Below are positions 61,395-64,000 of a stretch of 64,000 bases of DNA, in pieces; position 1 is the stretch's first letter; every line of letters starts with the position of its first letter. The notes beneath the pieces are model-generated. The model ran no database searches and was not told the DNA's origin. It saw only the letters and a list, made by a program, of their open reading frames with translations. Both the position numbers and the translations under genes were made by a program. This DNA is from Opitutaceae bacterium (GTDB taxonomy: Bacteria > Verrucomicrobiota > Verrucomicrobiia > Opitutales > Opitutaceae), in contig JBIKWB010000024.1 in the NCBI GenBank assembly GCA_044356555.1, positions 8,504-72,503 of the forward strand, in the 5' to 3' direction.

Positions 61395-61467
61395 GGGCTG
61401 TGGTTGGGTGGCGATGACATCTTAGCCCTTCAGCCGTTCGCTTGCTCCGCAGCGTTTGGCTGAGCCT

Positions 61468-61526
61468 ACGCATATCTTGCGTCCGCCAAAAAGTGCGCAG
61501 GAAAAGGGGCGCGCAAAGAATGCGCG
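61468..61526. promoter_or_regulatory. Two related 15-17 bp palindromes (ACGCA-N5-TGCGT and CGCGCA-N5-TGCGCG) in the divergent promoter region
   Basis: acgcatatcttgcgt at 61468-61482 and cgcgcaaagaatgcgcg at 61510-61526, with centres 43 bp apart. An extra TGCGCA half-site is at 61494-61499. Confidence 0.4.
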
Positions 61527-61580
61527 GTCTTTACCAACTCCCGCAGAGTGATGCACGCCGGGATAGGTTAGGTTCCCAGC

Positions 61581-62030
61581 ATGGAGGAATCATTGGTGCA
61601 GTTGTTGCGGACCAAGTGTGCGGGTACCCGAAGTCGCTGGAGCGATTTGTTACGCGCCGAACGCGCCCTCAGTCCGCTCGCGCATCCTGACACGCTGGCG
61701 TTTCTGCTCGACGAAACTTTGGAGAATATTTTCACGGGTTTGAGCTCTGCGGTCGGGCAGAAGAACCCGGCGCCGGCTTGGCCCCGTTGCGCCTGTGGGC
61801 TCAATCCGTATCTGCGATTCTACGTGGCCGGTGAACTCGCCCTTTTGGAAGCCCTTGTGCTCATCCAAGCGGATATCCACGTGCGCGACGCGAACGCCCG
61901 CGATCGTGCCGTGCTTGAACTCTACGCAGTCGTGCGTCGTTTTGCCTGCAACGATGTGGAGCTCTTCTGTTCGCTCTGCCAACTTCGCGACGACCGCCGC
62001 GCCGCCCCGGCCCTTTCCGGCGCCGGTTAA
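61581..62030 (+). CDS. Hypothetical Cys-containing protein (149 aa), possibly RsbRD_N-like sensor module
   Basis: MEESLVQLLRTKCAGTRSRWSDLLRAERALSPLAHPDTLAFLLDETLENIF...PRCACGLNPYL...FACNDVELFCSLCQL. The weak resemblance to RsbRD N-terminal domains is from memory only. Confidence 0.45.
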   Translation: MEESLVQLLRTKCAGTRSRWSDLLRAERALSPLAHPDTLAFLLDETLENIFTGLSSAVGQKNPAPAWPRCACGLNPYLRFYVAGELALLEALVLIQADIHVRDANARDRAVLELYAVVRRFACNDVELFCSLCQLRDDRRAAPALSGAG

Positions 62031-62037
62031 ACGGGGC

Positions 62038-62949
62038 TCACTTCTTCTCCGGGCGATGCAAACGGTCACGATACACCGATGGAGATTCTCCCGCGATGCG
62101 GTGAAAGACCCGGTTGAACTGCGATAGCGACTGAAACCCCGCCTCGTATGCCGCTTCGCTCACGCGCTTGTGCGGATTCAGCAGCAGATTTTTAACCTTC
62201 TCGACGCGCATGCGCGCCAGGTAGTCGGTAAAGGTCATACCCGTCGCCTTCTTGAAGGTCTTACAGAAGTAAAACGCGCTCATGTTCACCGCGCCGGCAA
62301 CATCCTTGAGGGCAATTTCCTCCGCCTGATGTTCGGCGATGTAGACCCGGGCTCGCGCGATGGACGGCATCTCGCCGGCCGCTTCCTTTATACTGAGCTG
62401 GTTGCTCATCGTCGAAAGATGCTGCGCGAAAATTGCGAGCAGACGCAAAATGGACTCGTATTGCCGCTTTGAAACCACGCGGGTCTGGAAATAGGCCTCC
62501 TCCAGCCGCTTTAAGTCCACCTCGGTGCCCCACTTCAGGAGTTGCCGGGTCGTTTTGGCGAACTCCGCCTTGTTCGGTTGGTGGAGCAAGATCTGCCCGG
62601 TTTGCAGGAAGGCCACCAGGTTCTCCCCCACCCGCACCGGCACCGCAGAATCGCAAAGCCCGGCAAAACACTTCAACGTCTTTGGCTCCAGCCGCGCCTC
62701 CTGCTCGACCTTTTGCTGCAACTGTAAACACGCCGCGCAGGACTTGTTGCTCTGCGCCATCAGCGCACAGAACGGCGCTTCCTTCGGGTCGTCATGGTGC
62801 GGCAGATCAAACGCCTCGATCGGCCGCAACTTAAGCGGCAATCCCGTCGTCTCGCGAAAAGCGTGCTCGTAATCCCGGTAGATATCCGAACGGCGCAACT
62901 GCGCCACCGTGATCCGGCTACGTTGGGCGGCGGACTCGGAGACTTCCAT
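62038..62949 (-). CDS. AraC-family transcriptional regulator with N-terminal PocR-like sensor domain
   Basis: From ATG 62949: ...FCALMAQSNKSCAACLQLQQKV...LKCFAGLCDSAVPVRVGENLVAFLQTGQI (PocR-like). The C-terminus is an AraC HTH: IALKDVAGAVNMSAFYFCKTFKKATGMTFTDYLARMRVEKVKNLL...VSEAAYEAGFQSLSQFNRVF. Confidence 0.8.
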   Translation of the reverse strand: MEVSESAAQRSRITVAQLRRSDIYRDYEHAFRETTGLPLKLRPIEAFDLPHHDDPKEAPFCALMAQSNKSCAACLQLQQKVEQEARLEPKTLKCFAGLCDSAVPVRVGENLVAFLQTGQILLHQPNKAEFAKTTRQLLKWGTEVDLKRLEEAYFQTRVVSKRQYESILRLLAIFAQHLSTMSNQLSIKEAAGEMPSIARARVYIAEHQAEEIALKDVAGAVNMSAFYFCKTFKKATGMTFTDYLARMRVEKVKNLLLNPHKRVSEAAYEAGFQSLSQFNRVFHRIAGESPSVYRDRLHRPEKK

Positions 62950-63070
62950 AATCAGAAGCTGAAGCAGGTCAATTTGATGGCAAGCCCTGAAGCGCCTCCC
63001 GCGAGATTCACGCGCCAAGAAAGAGAAATTTCCGTGGACAATCACCGGTAAAGGCCGCTGAAATTTACAC

Positions 63071-63310
63071 ATGTCGTCGCCTCTCGGAAAACTCACCAGC
63101 CCAACCAGTCTCGCGGTCGATGCCGTGCTCGTCCTCGGCTTCTTCGCCCTCATGTATTGGCTCGTCGAATCGCATGTGCCCTCGAACGATCCTAAAATGG
63201 TCATGCTCTGGGCCGGTCTGACTTCCGCCTGTATGTCATCCGTTTTCTGGCTCGCCGTTCAGATGTTCCGGGTGGTTTTGAAGGCCCAGTTGATGGCAAA
63301 TAAGAAATAA
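63071..63310 (+). CDS. Small two-TM membrane protein (79 aa)
   Basis: MSSPLGKLTSPTSLAVDAVLVLGFFALMYWLV...MVMLWAGLTSACMSSVFWLAVQMF. It is followed by a strong terminator at 63345. Confidence 0.5.
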   Translation: MSSPLGKLTSPTSLAVDAVLVLGFFALMYWLVESHVPSNDPKMVMLWAGLTSACMSSVFWLAVQMFRVVLKAQLMANKK

Positions 63311-63344
63311 TCCTTCGAGGTCCGCTAATCTACGATTTTCAGCC

Positions 63345-63372
63345 GGCGCGTGATCACTCACGCGCCTTTTTT
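63345..63372 (+). terminator. Rho-independent terminator
   Basis: Stem ggcgcgtga (63345-63353), loop tcac, stem tcacgcgcc (63358-63366), then tttttt. Confidence 0.75.
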
Positions 63373-63402
63373 ATGTCCCCACGCCCCCTGCGCCGGGCGC
63401 CC

Positions 63403-64000
63403 TCAACCAAACTGCAACGGCTGTTTGCGCTTCTCGACTCGCGATGACGCGATGATCGCTATCTCATACAGCAGATAAAGCGGGGCCGCGAACATCGACT
63501 GCGTCACCGGATCGGGCGTGGGCGTGACGATCGCGGCGATCACAAAGATCACGATAACCGCATGGCGCCGGTATTTCCTCAGAAACGCCGTCGTCATCAG
63601 CCCCAACCAGACAAGCAAAATGATGATAAGGGGGAATTGAAAGGAGGTCCCGACGCCCAGCACCAGCCAAGTGAGCAGACTGTAGTAGCTGCCCGGCGTC
63701 CAGCGCGCGGCGTAGTTAAAAAAGGTGTTCAGCTCGATCGACACCCGAATCGTACTCGGCACCAGCAGGAAATAAGCGAAGGCCGCCCCGAGCAAAAACA
63801 GCACCAGAGCGGACACGCACATCGGCAAAACCGCTTTCAACTCTTTCGCCGTGAGCGCCGGGGCGACAAATTGCCCGATGAACAACAGGCAAAACGGCAA
63901 AGCCATCACCAAGCCTCCGAGCAGACACATCTGAATAATGACGTTGAAAACCTCCATGATCGAGACGGTCGAGAGCTCGAGCGCGAACGTCGGGTAATCG
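63403..64000 (-). CDS. tatC: Twin-arginine translocase subunit TatC (C-terminal part; gene continues past the right edge)
   Basis: ...ALPFCLLFIGQFVAPALTAKELK...FAYFLLVP...FQFPLIIILLVWLGLMT...RRHAVIVIFVIAAIVTPTPDPVTQ. The reading frame stays open upstream of the listed Met to position 64000. Confidence 0.85.
   Translation of the reverse strand, partial: DYPTFALELSTVSIMEVFNVIIQMCLLGGLVMALPFCLLFIGQFVAPALTAKELKAVLPMCVSALVLFLLGAAFAYFLLVPSTIRVSIELNTFFNYAARWTPGSYYSLLTWLVLGVGTSFQFPLIIILLVWLGLMTTAFLRKYRRHAVIVIFVIAAIVTPTPDPVTQSMFAAPLYLLYEIAIIASSRVEKRKQPLQFG

Noticed and set aside
1-64000. Scan of all intergenic gaps over 80 bp for tRNA, rRNA, tmRNA, SRP/RNase P-like cores, CRISPR repeats, and IS ends or integrase genes
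   Set aside because: Nothing with a T-loop (GGTTCGAATCC-like) motif, regularly spaced direct repeats or terminal inverted repeats flanking a transposase-like ORF was seen. The window looks like core chromosome.

Overview
GC-rich bacterial chromosomal segment, roughly two-thirds G+C by eye. Gene content fits a Verrucomicrobia/Opitutales-like (PVC) genome: a PVC-type dehydrogenase-HEAT-cytochrome c protein, a Bacteroidetes-style ccoS-ccoNO-ccoQ-ccoP-ccoG cbb3 oxidase cluster, and pyrimidine-rich, Shine-Dalgarno-poor leaders. I support about 65 densely packed protein-coding genes, almost all housekeeping. They include gpt, an amidase plus a NitT/TauT-type ABC importer, a ribose-type sugar ABC importer, and a universal stress protein. 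Also present are an HDOD-GAF protein, ptsI, the MEP-pathway genes ispE/ispD/ispF, pyrF, two tandem family-5 solute-binding lipoproteins, a PagL-like protein and a TonB-dependent receptor. Further genes include a PLD/cardiolipin-synthase-like gene, two NUDIX genes, LOG, gluQ, mog, MazG, Hsp20, an MFS transporter, rlmJ, two M24 peptidases and hldA-gmhB. The rest are an Fpg/Nei glycosylase, a vapBC pair, tlyA, nadK, the complete cbb3 oxidase/maturation cluster, a PocR-AraC regulator and a partial tatC. I found no rRNA, tRNA, CRISPR, transposase/integrase or prophage genes. I do not see a convincing self-contained novel multi-gene system such as a defence island. The best candidates for follow-up are these: (1) a single polypeptide fusing an HldC/TagD-type nucleotidyltransferase to an HddA-type GHMP kinase, alongside a split hldA-gmhB pair; (2) unusual features of the cbb3 cluster (Cys/His-tailed CcoS, a 52-aa protein in the FixH position, paired palindromes in the shared promoter region, and an adjacent Cys-rich protein plus PocR-AraC regulator); (3) a good sigma-54-type promoter followed by a long structured leader in front of hsp20; (4) several families of short modular intergenic repeats that sit in sense orientation directly upstream of start codons or directly after stop codons; (5) a frameshifted pterin-4a-carbinolamine dehydratase gene. 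All functional calls come from reading motifs in the translations by eye. No database search was run.
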